DNA of 64,000 bases from Candidatus Omnitrophota bacterium (GTDB taxonomy: Bacteria > Omnitrophota > Gorgyraeia > Zapsychrales > Aceulaceae): positions 29,683 to 93,682 of the forward strand of contig JAQUUP010000004.1 in assembly GCA_028693815.1 (NCBI GenBank). Direction: 5' to 3'. A program made the position numbers and the translations under genes. The notes under the pieces are model-generated. The model saw only the letters and a list, made by a program, of their open reading frames with translations, was not told the origin of the DNA and ran no database searches. Positions 18,213 through 28,292 of this stretch are shown here, one piece after another. The first letter of the stretch is position 1. Each line of letters opens with the position of its first letter.

Positions 18213-18911
18213 ATGATTCCAACAAAGAATTTAATTATTTTATTTAGCACTTTTGTTTTAGTTATTTTTTTAGTTCTTGTTTTCTTTTTTCCTTCTGAGG
18301 AAAAAAGAAAGAAGAAGAAAAAGAAAAAGGCTCTTGAGAAACAAATTTCGCCAGAAGAAAAAGAGTGGCAAGATACGGCTTTTAAACTAAAAAAACATAT
18401 TGAGAAACTAAACCAAGAAATTAATTTTCTTAAGATTGAGCAAAAGAAATCTTTTGATCAACTTAAAGAAGAAAAGCAGGCTACAGCGAAGCTTGAAGAA
18501 AAACTAAAAAGAGAAAAGAAATGGTTTATCGAGCAAGAAGCTTCTTTGGGTCAGCGCACTAACGATATGCGTAAGCTAAAAATGGAAATGGATCGCGCTC
18601 AAACGGAGCGAGAAAAAGAGTATTCTCTAAGGCTTGGAAGCGAGCGTGAAACTAGAGAGCTTAAAAAAGATATAGAAGAGGCTAACAAAGAAAGAAAAGA
18701 ATTGCTTTTAAAGGTTATGGAGCTAGAGTTTCAGCTTAAGTCGCAAAAGGAAGAGACCGCGGAGTTTAAAGCGGTTAATAAACAATTGCTTAAAGAAAAA
18801 GCGATTGAAGAAAAGCAGTGGATCGCAAAAGCTGAATTTGTAAAATTGGAAAAAATTCTTAAAGAAAAAGAAAAAGAAATTAAAAAGCTTCAAGAAGATC
18901 GGCATCGATAA
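18213..18911 (+). CDS. membrane-anchored K/E-rich coiled-coil protein
   Basis: The ATG at 18213 follows GAGAG. One TM helix is followed by a poly-Lys stretch and a long heptad-like charged region. The TTG at 18168 used in the track is less likely. Confidence 0.55.
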   Translation: MIPTKNLIILFSTFVLVIFLVLVFFFPSEEKRKKKKKKKALEKQISPEEKEWQDTAFKLKKHIEKLNQEINFLKIEQKKSFDQLKEEKQATAKLEEKLKREKKWFIEQEASLGQRTNDMRKLKMEMDRAQTEREKEYSLRLGSERETRELKKDIEEANKERKELLLKVMELEFQLKSQKEETAEFKAVNKQLLKEKAIEEKQWIAKAEFVKLEKILKEKEKEIKKLQEDRHR

Positions 18912-18916
18912 TCCTT

Positions 18917-20101
18917 ATGTTTTCCAAAAGAACCGAGTGGTCCTTAGAAAAAAATCCTCTTACCCTCTTGTTTGAAGATTTAAAGAATAAAAATCATGCA
19001 ATTTTTGATCTAACAATATCCAATCCTACAAAATGTGCTATCGATTATCCTCAAGATCAGATTTTGCAGGCACTTTGTGATAATAAGAATATTTTTTATG
19101 ATCCAGCATCATTTGGCTCTTTAGCTGCGCGCAAGACTGTTGCGTCTAATTCTCGGCAATCTGAATTTCTTATTGATCCTGATCAGGTCATCTTGACATC
19201 AAGCACAAGCGAGGCGTATTCTTTTTTATTTCGTTTGTTGTTAAATCCAGATGAGCATATTTTGCTACCGAGACCAAGTTATCCTTTGTTTGAATTTTTA
19301 GCTAATTTAAATGATGTTGAAGTTGATTTTTATCCTTTTGTTTATGACGAGGAGTGGAAAATAGACTGCGATGCACTGGAGGGGCTGATTAAGGGGACTA
19401 CAAAAGCTATTGTATTGGTTAATCCTAACAATCCGACTGGGTCTTTTGTAAAACCTGCTGAGCTAAAAAAGATTAATCAAATTTGCAAAGAAAATAATAT
19501 CTCTATTATTTGTGATGAAGTTTTTTTAGACTATGGATTTAAAGAGGACAAAGGTGCTTTGCATAGTTTATCTTCAAACAAAGAAGTTCTGACTTTTGTT
19601 TTAGGAGGACTATCAAAGGCGCTAGGCTTGCCGCAGATGAAGCTATCTTGGATTTTAACGTCAGGACCTGAGGATATGGTAAAAGAGGCGTTGAATCGTT
19701 TGGAAGTGATTGCAGACACGTATCTTTCGGTTTCAACTCCTTCTCAAAATGCGCTAGCGAAATGGTTTAATTTAAAGGCAGACATACAAGGGAAAATTAA
19801 AGATCGGTTGGCACATAATAAAGGTATTTTAAACGATATTTTCTTGGATAAAAATCATTTATGCCAAATACTGAAAGCTGATGGGGGATGGTATGCTGTT
19901 ATTAAAGTTTTGACTAATGTTCAGGAAGAGAGCTTTGTTTATAATCTTTTAAAGGAAAAACAGGTTTTTGTTCATCCAGGGTATTTTTTTGATTTTGAAG
20001 ATGAGCCTTATTTAGTCGTTAGTCTTTTAACTAATCCTGAGATATTTGAGCAGGGACTTCAGAGAATTGCATCGTACCTTGATTTGACTGTAAAACCATG
20101 A
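18917..20101 (+). CDS. class I/II PLP-dependent aminotransferase (alanine-transaminase-like)
   Basis: The LGGLSKALGLPQMKLSW PLP-lysine region and NPNNPTG motif are both present. Confidence 0.8.
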   Translation: MFSKRTEWSLEKNPLTLLFEDLKNKNHAIFDLTISNPTKCAIDYPQDQILQALCDNKNIFYDPASFGSLAARKTVASNSRQSEFLIDPDQVILTSSTSEAYSFLFRLLLNPDEHILLPRPSYPLFEFLANLNDVEVDFYPFVYDEEWKIDCDALEGLIKGTTKAIVLVNPNNPTGSFVKPAELKKINQICKENNISIICDEVFLDYGFKEDKGALHSLSSNKEVLTFVLGGLSKALGLPQMKLSWILTSGPEDMVKEALNRLEVIADTYLSVSTPSQNALAKWFNLKADIQGKIKDRLAHNKGILNDIFLDKNHLCQILKADGGWYAVIKVLTNVQEESFVYNLLKEKQVFVHPGYFFDFEDEPYLVVSLLTNPEIFEQGLQRIASYLDLTVKP

Positions 20102-20186
20102 TCAAGGAATAGGCTTGCAAACTTTTTTGTATTTGATAATATGTTAATATTATTATATATTCTTATAAATATTAATAGGGGGAGAA

Positions 20187-20663
20187 ATGGGGCAAAGACC
20201 ATCTTGGGATGAATATTTTCTGAAATTAGCTATGTTAGCCTCTGAAAGGGCTACTTGTCCGCGGATGCATTGTGGGTGTGTTCTTGTGAGGGATAAAAAC
20301 GTTATTGCTACTGGCTATAATGGATCGATTCCAGGGGATGACCATTGTGAGGATGTGGGCTGTTGGGTTGTTGAGAATCATTGTATTCGCACAAATCATG
20401 CGGAGATGAATGCTCTTATGCAAGCGGCCAAGAAGGGTCATGTTGTTGATGGTTCAACTGCATATGTGACAAATATGCCGTGCACGACTTGTGCGAAAGC
20501 ATTGATTGCTTCTGGCATCAAAAGGGTTGTTGTTTTTTCAGATTTTCATGATACATTGGCAGTTCAGTTCTTTAGAAAAGCCAATATCGCGATTGATAAG
20601 ATTGCTAAGCCATCGAATCAAATTGAGTATGATTTAGACAGCTATTCTTCGGCGAGGAAATAA
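20187..20663 (+). CDS. dCMP deaminase (CMP/dCMP deaminase zinc-binding family)
   Basis: The zinc site HAEMNAL...PCTTCA is present. Confidence 0.85.
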   Translation: MGQRPSWDEYFLKLAMLASERATCPRMHCGCVLVRDKNVIATGYNGSIPGDDHCEDVGCWVVENHCIRTNHAEMNALMQAAKKGHVVDGSTAYVTNMPCTTCAKALIASGIKRVVVFSDFHDTLAVQFFRKANIAIDKIAKPSNQIEYDLDSYSSARK

Positions 20664-20847
20664 TTTAAGAGATTCTTGATTGATATGATTTTTTTTGAAA
20701 CGAGGCAACCATTTAAAAGACAAGGTTGCCTTGTTTAGCGTAAAGAGAAGAATATAGAATATAAAATTTTAACAGTAGATGACGAGTCTACATTCTTAGC
20801 TGGACGATAAGATTTTCTGAGTAGAAAGAAAAAGGACAATTAAGCAT

Positions 20848-21651
20848 ATGAAATTATTTATTATTATTTTGGCTATTGTTGTTGCTTTTATTTCGTTTGT
20901 TCGCTATATCGAAAGAAAAAGTATTTTTTTTCCAGACAAAGATCTTGTGATGCATCCACATCATTTTCTTTCCGATGGTAAGGACGTCTATTTTGCAACA
21001 GAAGATGGAGTTATTTTAAATGGATGGTTCTTTAAAAATAATGATGCCTCAGCCACAGTTTTGTTTTTTCATGGAAACGCCGGAAACGTAAGCCATCGGT
21101 TAGAAAAAGTTTCAATGTTTTATAACATGGGATTGAATGTTTTTATTGTTGATTATCGTGGATACGGACGAAGTGGCGGGGCTCCAAGCGAGCAAGGGCT
21201 TTATCGAGATGCTAGGGCTGCCTACGACTATCTTTTAAGTCGTGATGACGTTAAGGCTAGAAGAATTATTGGTTACGGAGAGTCTTTGGGAGGGGCTGTT
21301 ATCATTGATTTGGCACAAAATCGTAAATTTGCTGCTTTAATTGTTGATTCGACTTTTCCGCGGATTGTTGACATGGCCAATTTGGTTTACCCGTATATTC
21401 CTGGATTTTTATTAACAATAAAAATGGATTCTTTAAGCAAAATTGAGACTATTGATGCTCCAACTTTATTTATTCACAGCTTTGATGATGAAATAGTTCC
21501 GATAAATCTTGGAAAAAAACTTTTTGATGCTGCGCAAGAACCTAAAAGGTTTCTAGATATAAACGGTAGTCATAATGATGGATATCGAAAATCGGCAGAG
21601 ACGTATATTGATGGCATTAAAGATTTTCTTGAAGATTGGAGGCTTATTTGA
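20848..21651 (+). CDS. alpha/beta-hydrolase (S9/BAAT-like)
   Basis: An N-terminal TM segment, HGNAGN and the nucleophile elbow GESLGG are present. Confidence 0.75.
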   Translation: MKLFIIILAIVVAFISFVRYIERKSIFFPDKDLVMHPHHFLSDGKDVYFATEDGVILNGWFFKNNDASATVLFFHGNAGNVSHRLEKVSMFYNMGLNVFIVDYRGYGRSGGAPSEQGLYRDARAAYDYLLSRDDVKARRIIGYGESLGGAVIIDLAQNRKFAALIVDSTFPRIVDMANLVYPYIPGFLLTIKMDSLSKIETIDAPTLFIHSFDDEIVPINLGKKLFDAAQEPKRFLDINGSHNDGYRKSAETYIDGIKDFLEDWRLI

Positions 21652-21680
21652 TAAATCATAGATTTTTACGAACATCTAAA

Positions 21681-22850
21681 ATGAAAATTTTAGGTCCAGA
21701 TTCTAAACCGATTACTTTAAAAGGTGTTAATTTAGGCGGATGGTTGATGATGGAAGGCTATATTATGCATGCGCCCAATGAAGGGGTGCAAAAGTTTAAA
21801 AGAAATTTTGCAAAGCAACTCGGATCGAATGCGCTTAGAACTTTTGAAAAAGAATTTATAAAAACATTTATTCAGGAAAAAGATATTAAGAATATCGCTC
21901 AACTTGGGTTTAATTGTATTCGTTTACCTTTTCATTATAAATTAGTTGAAAGCAAACCTTATCAGTATAGCAAAGAAGGCCTTCGGGCTATTGATCAAGT
22001 TATTGAATGGGCAAAGAAATATAATATTTACATAATCCTTGATTTGCATGCTGCCCCAGGATGTCAAAACCATGATTGGCATTCGGATAGCTTAGGAAAA
22101 GCTGATTTGTGGCGAAACGAGAGTTTTCAAAAGCGCACATATGCGCTTTGGGAATTTCTAGCGAGACGCTATAAAGATAATCCGACAGTTGCTGGATATG
22201 ATATTTTAAACGAGGCTGTTATTCACGATGCACAGAAATTAAATCGTTTTTATAAAGAGGTTATCAAGCGCATTCGTTGCGCTGATAAAAATCATATTCT
22301 TTTTGTTGAGGGGAATCTTTGGGCGACGAATATTGAATGTTTGGATAATTTTCAAGATGATAACTTGGTTTTAAGTATTCATTTTTATCATCCGATTGAT
22401 TTTTCTTTTAATTTTATGCCAAGGCTTTCTTATCCGTTGAAAAAAATATGGAATAAGACAATGCTTAAAAATATGGTTGAAAATTATGCGAATTTTGCAA
22501 AAAAGCGATCTTGCCCGATATTTGTTGGCGAGTTTGGGATTAATTATCGTTATGATCAATACGGGGAAGTAGGTTATTTACAATATATTCTTAATCTTTT
22601 CAAAAAGCATAAATTTCATTGGACCTATTGGACATATAAAGCGATCAAAAACGCACATTTTCCAGATGGGATATTTAGTTATTATCCAAATAGCCCTTGG
22701 GTTAATCGGCAAGGTCCAAAAATCGGCTGGGAAACCTATGTTGATTTGTGGTTAAAATCGAAAAAAGAAATAATTCAATCTTGGGACACAGAGCACTTTG
22801 ATCCTAATATAAAAGTTGTGGAGACTCTTAAGCATGCTGCCTGTGACTGA
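21681..22850 (+). CDS. glycoside hydrolase family 5 (cellulase-like), cytoplasmic
   Basis: The GH5 signatures CIRLPFHY, ILNEAV (acid/base) and FVGEFG (nucleophile) are present and there is no signal peptide. An alternative TTG start at 21648 has a better RBS. Confidence 0.75.
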   Translation: MKILGPDSKPITLKGVNLGGWLMMEGYIMHAPNEGVQKFKRNFAKQLGSNALRTFEKEFIKTFIQEKDIKNIAQLGFNCIRLPFHYKLVESKPYQYSKEGLRAIDQVIEWAKKYNIYIILDLHAAPGCQNHDWHSDSLGKADLWRNESFQKRTYALWEFLARRYKDNPTVAGYDILNEAVIHDAQKLNRFYKEVIKRIRCADKNHILFVEGNLWATNIECLDNFQDDNLVLSIHFYHPIDFSFNFMPRLSYPLKKIWNKTMLKNMVENYANFAKKRSCPIFVGEFGINYRYDQYGEVGYLQYILNLFKKHKFHWTYWTYKAIKNAHFPDGIFSYYPNSPWVNRQGPKIGWETYVDLWLKSKKEIIQSWDTEHFDPNIKVVETLKHAACD

Positions 22851-23640
22851 AATTATAAGTTTTGGCAATTTTCGCATCAAAGAAGTTGTTAAACTTCGTC
22901 AAAGAGCTACACGAGATGAGACAGGCCTGACAATTGTTGAAGGTCTTCGTGAAACAAGACGAGCTTTTGATGCAGGAATTGTTTGCCAGGATGTTTATTG
23001 TTCTCAGTGTTTTTTTGATCAAAACAAAGAAGATAGTTTTGTCGTTGAGCTGATGGAGAGGGTAGAAAATATTTTTTGTGTCAAAGATAAAGTTTTTGAA
23101 AAGATTTGTTTTGGAAATCGAAATGAAGGTATTCTGGTTGTGTGCAAACAGCCTCAGTATAAATTTTCTGATTTGAAGTTGTCTAAGAATCCTCTTGTTA
23201 TTGTTCTTGAATCACTTGAGAAGCCAGGAAACTTAGGTGCGATTTTGCGGACTTGTGATGGTGCTGGCGTTGAGGCGATTATTGTTTGCGATCAAGTGAC
23301 TGATATTTACAACCCGAATGTTGTTCGATCGAGTACGGGAGTTATTTTCTCAATCCCAATTGTGAGAACAACAAGTCAAGAAGCTGTTCAGTTTTTAAAA
23401 GAAAAAAAGATAAGTATTTGCGCAACTTTTTTAGAATCAGAAAAGAAGTATACTCAGATAGACATGAACAAACCAATAGCAATTGTTGCAGGAAGCGAGC
23501 AAAGAGGGCTTGATAATTTTTGGCGTCAAGCGGCCGATGATTTTGTTTTTATTCCAATGGTAGGGCAAGCTGATTCTCTCAATGTCTCTGTTGCAACATC
23601 GATTGTGCTTTATGAAGCCGTCCGTCAACGAAACAAATAA
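22834..23640 (+). CDS. TrmH/SpoU-family RNA 2'-O-methyltransferase
   Basis: It has the SPOUT motifs LESLEKPGNLGAILRTCDGAG and SLNVSVATSIVLYE. Confidence 0.8.
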   Translation: MLPVTEIISFGNFRIKEVVKLRQRATRDETGLTIVEGLRETRRAFDAGIVCQDVYCSQCFFDQNKEDSFVVELMERVENIFCVKDKVFEKICFGNRNEGILVVCKQPQYKFSDLKLSKNPLVIVLESLEKPGNLGAILRTCDGAGVEAIIVCDQVTDIYNPNVVRSSTGVIFSIPIVRTTSQEAVQFLKEKKISICATFLESEKKYTQIDMNKPIAIVAGSEQRGLDNFWRQAADDFVFIPMVGQADSLNVSVATSIVLYEAVRQRNK

Positions 23641-24346
23641 TATCCGCTTACAAGTTTTCTTATCGCGTTGTGGTGTTTGTTCGAGGCGTAATGCGATGGA
23701 GCTTATTCAATCGGGCAAAGTGTCGGTTAACGATCGTATTGTCTTTGAGCCATCGACACCTGTTGATCCCCAAAAAGACAAAGTATGTGTTGATAAAAAG
23801 TTGATTTCTTCAAAGCAATATGAGTATATTCTTTTAAACAAGCCAGCTGGATATACGACGACGTCAAAAGATCCTTTTGCAAAGAAAACTGTTTTTGATC
23901 TTTTGCCTAAAGAATTTAAAAAGTTAAATCCTGTCGGACGCCTAGATAAAGACACAGAGGGATTGCTTATTTTTACTAATGATGGCGATCTTGCTTATAA
24001 ATTAACACACCCAAAATTTAATATTGATAAGGTTTATAAAGTAATTATTGTTGGGCAGCTTAAGCCAGAAAGTCGAGCTGTGTTAGAGAAAGGCGTTGTT
24101 TTAGATGGAAAGAAAACAGCGACATGTAAAATTTCTGATATTCGAGTATCCGACAATCAAACAACGCTATTGATTAAGATTCATGAAGGAAGAAAGAGGC
24201 AAGTACGTTTGATGTTTGGCCAAATAAAGCACTTTGTTCGATATTTAAAGCGAGAAGAGCAAGGGCCTGTAAAGTTAGGTTCATTAAAATTAGGAAAATG
24301 GCGACAATTAACTTCGCAAGAGTTAAGAAGTCTTAAGGCCTTATGA
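23612..24346 (+). CDS. pseudouridine synthase, RsuA/RluB family, with N-terminal S4 domain
   Basis: An S4 motif (IRLQVFLSRCGVCSRR) and the catalytic RLDKDTEGLLIFTNDG are present. The start is uncertain between 23582 and 23612. Confidence 0.8.
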   Translation: MKPSVNETNNIRLQVFLSRCGVCSRRNAMELIQSGKVSVNDRIVFEPSTPVDPQKDKVCVDKKLISSKQYEYILLNKPAGYTTTSKDPFAKKTVFDLLPKEFKKLNPVGRLDKDTEGLLIFTNDGDLAYKLTHPKFNIDKVYKVIIVGQLKPESRAVLEKGVVLDGKKTATCKISDIRVSDNQTTLLIKIHEGRKRQVRLMFGQIKHFVRYLKREEQGPVKLGSLKLGKWRQLTSQELRSLKAL

Positions 24347-26283
24347 TTACAATTACAAATCTCTCTAAGAATTTTACAAACCGAACATTGTTTAATGATG
24401 TTTCAATTAGTATTTATCCCAATGAAAAAATTGGTCTGACAGGCCCTAACGGCGCTGGAAAAACAACATTATTTTCTATTATTCGTGGGGAAATGGAAGC
24501 GACTGGCGGAGAAGTCCAGATACAAAAGAATTTAAATATTGGATATTTACCTCAAGAAACTTCTTTTCGTTCAGACCGGACTGTTATCGAAGAACTAACA
24601 TCTGGTGATGACCGAATGATTGTGCTGAAAAAGGAAAAAAGAAAACTTGAGGATGAAAATAGAGCCGATAGCATGCGTTATGGTGATGTTTTAGATGAGC
24701 TAGAGCAGTTAGGTGTTTATGATCTTGAACATCGGGCAGAAAAAATTCTTTCTGGACTTGGATTTCATGAAAGAGATTTTAACAAGCCAGTGTGTCATCT
24801 GAGTGGCGGTTGGCAGATGCGGACACTTTTAGCGAAGCTTTTGACGTATCAATATGATTTACTTTTATTAGATGAGCCTACGAATTATCTTGATTTAAAT
24901 GCAACTCTCTGGCTTAAAGATTTTTTAAGTCATTATCAGGGAACGTTTGTTATTATTTCGCATGATAAAATATTTCTAGATGATGTAACAAATTATAATA
25001 TTGTTTTAGAAAATGCACGCATTGTAAAGGTTAAGGGAAATTATTCGGATTACGAAGAGTCGAAAGTTCAAGAAGAAGCCACCCTTGAGAAAAAGCAGCG
25101 TATCATAGAAAAAAAGAAACAACAGCTAGAACGTTTTTGTGATCGTTTTCATGCACAGCCAAACCGCGCATCTGCTGTGCGTAACAAGCGAAAAATGATT
25201 GAGCGTATGGAAACAGTTGAAATTGAAGGTAGGCGGAAAAGTATTAAAGGTTTTGAATTTTCTGATACAAAGCGAAGTGCTTACAATGTGATTACATTGG
25301 AAAATGTTTCAAAATCATATGGCGAGACAAATGTTTATCAAGGCTTAGATTTTGAAATTATTCGAGGACAAAAGGTTTGTTTGGTTGGAGAAAATGGAGC
25401 CGGAAAGTCTACTCTTTTAAAAATGTTAGCAGGTGTTCTTGATATTGATCAGGGCAATCGTCGTGTAGGTCAAAATGTGGATATTGGATATTTTTCTCAA
25501 ACTCGTTTGGATGTTTTGAATCCGAACCGAACAGTTTTAGAAGAGGTGTCTGTAACTTCGCAGGGAAGAGTTCGAGCGCAAGAAGTGCGCAGTCTTTTAG
25601 GACTTTTTAATTTTCATGGGGATGATGTTTTTAAAACAATACGAATTTTATCTGGAGGGGAAAAAAGCCGTGTTATTTTAGCGAAGCTTTTGATCGATCC
25701 GCCAAACTTTATTTTATTAGATGAGCCAACAACGCATTTAGATATTGATGGGGTTGAAGCGTTGACAAAAGCTTTTAGGGCATATGAAGGTACGCTTTGC
25801 TTTATTAGTCATGATTTATTTTTTGTTAAACAAATTGCAGACCATATTGTAGAAGTTAATTATGGTCAATTAAAGCAATTTCATGGTAGGCTCGATTATT
25901 ATCTTGAAAAACGAGGTCTGATCGATGAGAAATTGGCACAAGATAAAAAGAAAATAAAGCACGAGAAGAAAAAAGAAACGAAGCAGAATAAGGAACAAGA
26001 AAAATCTAGTTCTGTTGTTGAACAGCTTCACAAAAAACATAAGGAAGCTTTAAATAAGATTGCTAATAATAAGAAAGAAATTAAAGAATTAGAAAAAGAA
26101 AAACAAGAGCTGGAAACAGAAAGCTATGTTAAGGCGCGCGTTCTTTCTGATCCCCACAGCCAAAGAGATGGCGAAACGCTTAAAAGTTATGGAAAGCGTT
26201 TAAAGTTTATTCATCAGCGTATTCGAGAGATTGAATCGCTTATTGAGCGTTTAATTAAAGAAAATCGTGAAATAAATAGTTAA
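24343..26283 (+). CDS. ABC-F family ATPase (two tandem ABC domains, no TMD) with C-terminal coiled coil
   Basis: There are two Walker A motifs (GPNGAGKTT, GENGAGKST), two signature motifs (LSGGWQ, LSGGEKSR) and no TM segment. Confidence 0.9.
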   Translation: MITITNLSKNFTNRTLFNDVSISIYPNEKIGLTGPNGAGKTTLFSIIRGEMEATGGEVQIQKNLNIGYLPQETSFRSDRTVIEELTSGDDRMIVLKKEKRKLEDENRADSMRYGDVLDELEQLGVYDLEHRAEKILSGLGFHERDFNKPVCHLSGGWQMRTLLAKLLTYQYDLLLLDEPTNYLDLNATLWLKDFLSHYQGTFVIISHDKIFLDDVTNYNIVLENARIVKVKGNYSDYEESKVQEEATLEKKQRIIEKKKQQLERFCDRFHAQPNRASAVRNKRKMIERMETVEIEGRRKSIKGFEFSDTKRSAYNVITLENVSKSYGETNVYQGLDFEIIRGQKVCLVGENGAGKSTLLKMLAGVLDIDQGNRRVGQNVDIGYFSQTRLDVLNPNRTVLEEVSVTSQGRVRAQEVRSLLGLFNFHGDDVFKTIRILSGGEKSRVILAKLLIDPPNFILLDEPTTHLDIDGVEALTKAFRAYEGTLCFISHDLFFVKQIADHIVEVNYGQLKQFHGRLDYYLEKRGLIDEKLAQDKKKIKHEKKKETKQNKEQEKSSSVVEQLHKKHKEALNKIANNKKEIKELEKEKQELETESYVKARVLSDPHSQRDGETLKSYGKRLKFIHQRIREIESLIERLIKENREINS

Positions 26284-26284
26284 T

Positions 26285-26536
26285 ATGAAATTAAAAGCCG
26301 ATCTTCATGATATTTTCTCAGATGGACACAGGCTTGAGAGCACGCTTGCCGGCATTATGGAAGAGGCTCAAGAAAAACGGGTAAAGCTTGTTGAGATCAT
26401 TCCTGGAAAAGGATCGGGACAGCTTAAAAAACATGTTTTAAAATTTTTGGAAAAGAATTATAAGAACATTTATCATCGAATAGAAAAAGACGATAAGAAT
26501 TGGGGCCGAATTTTTGTTCATTTTCGTTGGAAGTAA
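26285..26536 (+). CDS. Smr-domain small protein
   Basis: The sequence DLH...VKLVEIIPGKGSGQLKKHV matches the Smr core. Confidence 0.7.
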   Translation: MKLKADLHDIFSDGHRLESTLAGIMEEAQEKRVKLVEIIPGKGSGQLKKHVLKFLEKNYKNIYHRIEKDDKNWGRIFVHFRWK

Positions 26537-26570
26537 ATTGGTTTTTTAGGATTTAAAAGGAGAAAAGAAA

Positions 26571-26957
26571 ATGCGCTACATTATATTTCTTTTGTTGTTT
26601 AGTTTTTTATTCTCGGGTTGCGGTATTTTTCATGTTCAAGAAATTATGCGCATTAAAGCCGTGTCCGCTAATATGGATGAGCAGCAGAAATATGTGGATG
26701 CTAAGAATGAAGAGTTTGAAAAGCTCCTCAAGATCGTCAAGGAAGGAAAGATATCGAATTATAAAACTCAAAAAGATTTTGTTAAAGAGTTCGGCGATCC
26801 TGTTTTTAGCAAGCAACTTTCGAAACAAGAAGAATATTCTGAAGTTTGGCTTTATCGATATTGCGATAAAATGTTCGGGTCTGAAAAAGTGTATTTGTAT
26901 TTTGATGATGCAGGAAACTTAATAAAATGGGAACATCGATTACCAAAGTCGCAATAA
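26571..26957 (+). CDS. lipoprotein, unknown function
   Basis: It has a signal peptide with an LFSGCG lipobox. Confidence 0.5.
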   Translation: MRYIIFLLLFSFLFSGCGIFHVQEIMRIKAVSANMDEQQKYVDAKNEEFEKLLKIVKEGKISNYKTQKDFVKEFGDPVFSKQLSKQEEYSEVWLYRYCDKMFGSEKVYLYFDDAGNLIKWEHRLPKSQ

Positions 26958-27592
26958 GAAAAATTTATCAAAAACTTTTTTCTATTTTTGGTCCACAAAA
27001 ATGGTGGCCTGCCAAGACTCGCCTGGAGGTTATTATTGGCGCAATTCTCGTTCAGAACACTAATTGGAGTAATGCGGAAAAGGCGATTGACAATTTGCGT
27101 AAACGCCAGCTATTGTCCGTAGAGAAATTAAAAAGTATTAGTGTTCAAAAGCTTGCTTTGGTTATCAAGCCTGCTGGATATTTTCGTGTTAAAGCAAAAC
27201 GATTAAAGAATTTTATTTATTTTCTTTTCAAAGAATTTGATGGCAGTCTCAATAAAATGGCTAAGGAGAAAAGTCAATTATTGCGCCAGAGACTTTTATC
27301 TGTTAATGGCATAGGACCGGAGACTGCAGACTCAATTATTTTGTATGCGTTTAATAAGCCTGTTTTTGTTGTGGATGCATATACAAAAAGGATTTTCTCT
27401 CGTCATCAATTTGTTAAAAGTACTGTAGACTACCAGACTCTCCAGAACTTATTTCTAGAGAGCCTGGCGGTCAATACAACGATGTTTAATGAATATCACG
27501 CATTGATTGTTTATCTGGGAAAAACATTTTGTAAGCCTAAAAAACCGCTATGCTCACTGTGTCCGCTCAGAGATTTTCTTCACGTGGTTTAA
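26927..27592 (+). CDS. HhH-GPD endonuclease III-like DNA glycosylase family protein
   Basis: It has the sequence GAILVQNTNW...GIGPETADSIILYAFNKPVFVVDAYTKRIF and a C-terminal Cys cluster. Confidence 0.75.
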   Translation: MGTSITKVAIRKIYQKLFSIFGPQKWWPAKTRLEVIIGAILVQNTNWSNAEKAIDNLRKRQLLSVEKLKSISVQKLALVIKPAGYFRVKAKRLKNFIYFLFKEFDGSLNKMAKEKSQLLRQRLLSVNGIGPETADSIILYAFNKPVFVVDAYTKRIFSRHQFVKSTVDYQTLQNLFLESLAVNTTMFNEYHALIVYLGKTFCKPKKPLCSLCPLRDFLHVV

Positions 27593-28125
27593 GAGACGAG
27601 TAAAGATTGATCTTTGAAAGATGAAAAATTTTCCCTCAAAACATCTCTTAAGTGTTCGTCAAATAAAATAACAGTTTGATAGATAGGCTCAGCTGATGCT
27701 GTATTTTTTTGCGATGATCGAAGAATTTGTGATTTAAATCGAATATTTTTTCCAAATCGTTTGCTTGGAAAAATAATTTTTATTTCAACAGAGGCGTTTC
27801 TTTTTAGGCAAGAATGAGTTTCGCATGAAACACCAAGAAGGCTGATATTTTTTGAAGATGTTTTGATAATGATGTTATCAAATATAATTTCGATAGGAAA
27901 ATTAACATTAAAACGTCGGTAGCGTCTTTTTTCTAAGAAAATATCTATTTCTTGAGAAGCGCCTAGTCGTGCAATTTTCCAAGTGTGACCATATTTGTTG
28001 ATCCAATCAAGCGCAGCTGTTGCAAATCCGATTTCTTTTTTACGTTTTTCACTCTCAATCCATTTGTGCTTGCGGATTTCCATAAGTGCTAAATTATCTT
28101 TTAGAAATGAATATTTCTTTTGCAT
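27589..28125 (-). CDS. PilZ-domain protein (putative c-di-GMP receptor)
   Basis: An RRYRRF motif and a D-x-S-x-x-G-like motif (KNISLLGVS) are present. It is the only minus-strand gene in this block. Confidence 0.55.
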   Translation of the reverse strand: MQKKYSFLKDNLALMEIRKHKWIESEKRKKEIGFATAALDWINKYGHTWKIARLGASQEIDIFLEKRRYRRFNVNFPIEIIFDNIIIKTSSKNISLLGVSCETHSCLKRNASVEIKIIFPSKRFGKNIRFKSQILRSSQKNTASAEPIYQTVILFDEHLRDVLRENFSSFKDQSLLVS

Positions 28126-28292
28126 TTCGCCTCCTTTCTTAGGGGTTCGATAAATGATGAAGAATGATTATAGCAATCGAAAAATTGAATTCAAGGGTTA
28201 AAACAAATATTTTAAAAATAAAATTTAGAGTTTATAATAAAAATAAGATTCAACAGTCATTCAGAGGAAACAGAAGGAAAAACAATTTATAT

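Noticed and set aside
18168-21650. TTG starts proposed by the ORF track at 18168 and 21636
   Set aside because: Downstream in-frame ATGs at 18213 and 21681 give N-termini consistent with the TM segment and the GH5 domain start. 21648-TTG with its GGAGG remains a possible alternative for the GH5 gene.
28164-28292. Long N-terminal extension of dinB from the ORF-track start at 28164
   Set aside because: The DinB family conserved N-terminus begins at the ATG at 28293 (MLVKTIVHIDMDAFFASVEQ). The extension is low-complexity.
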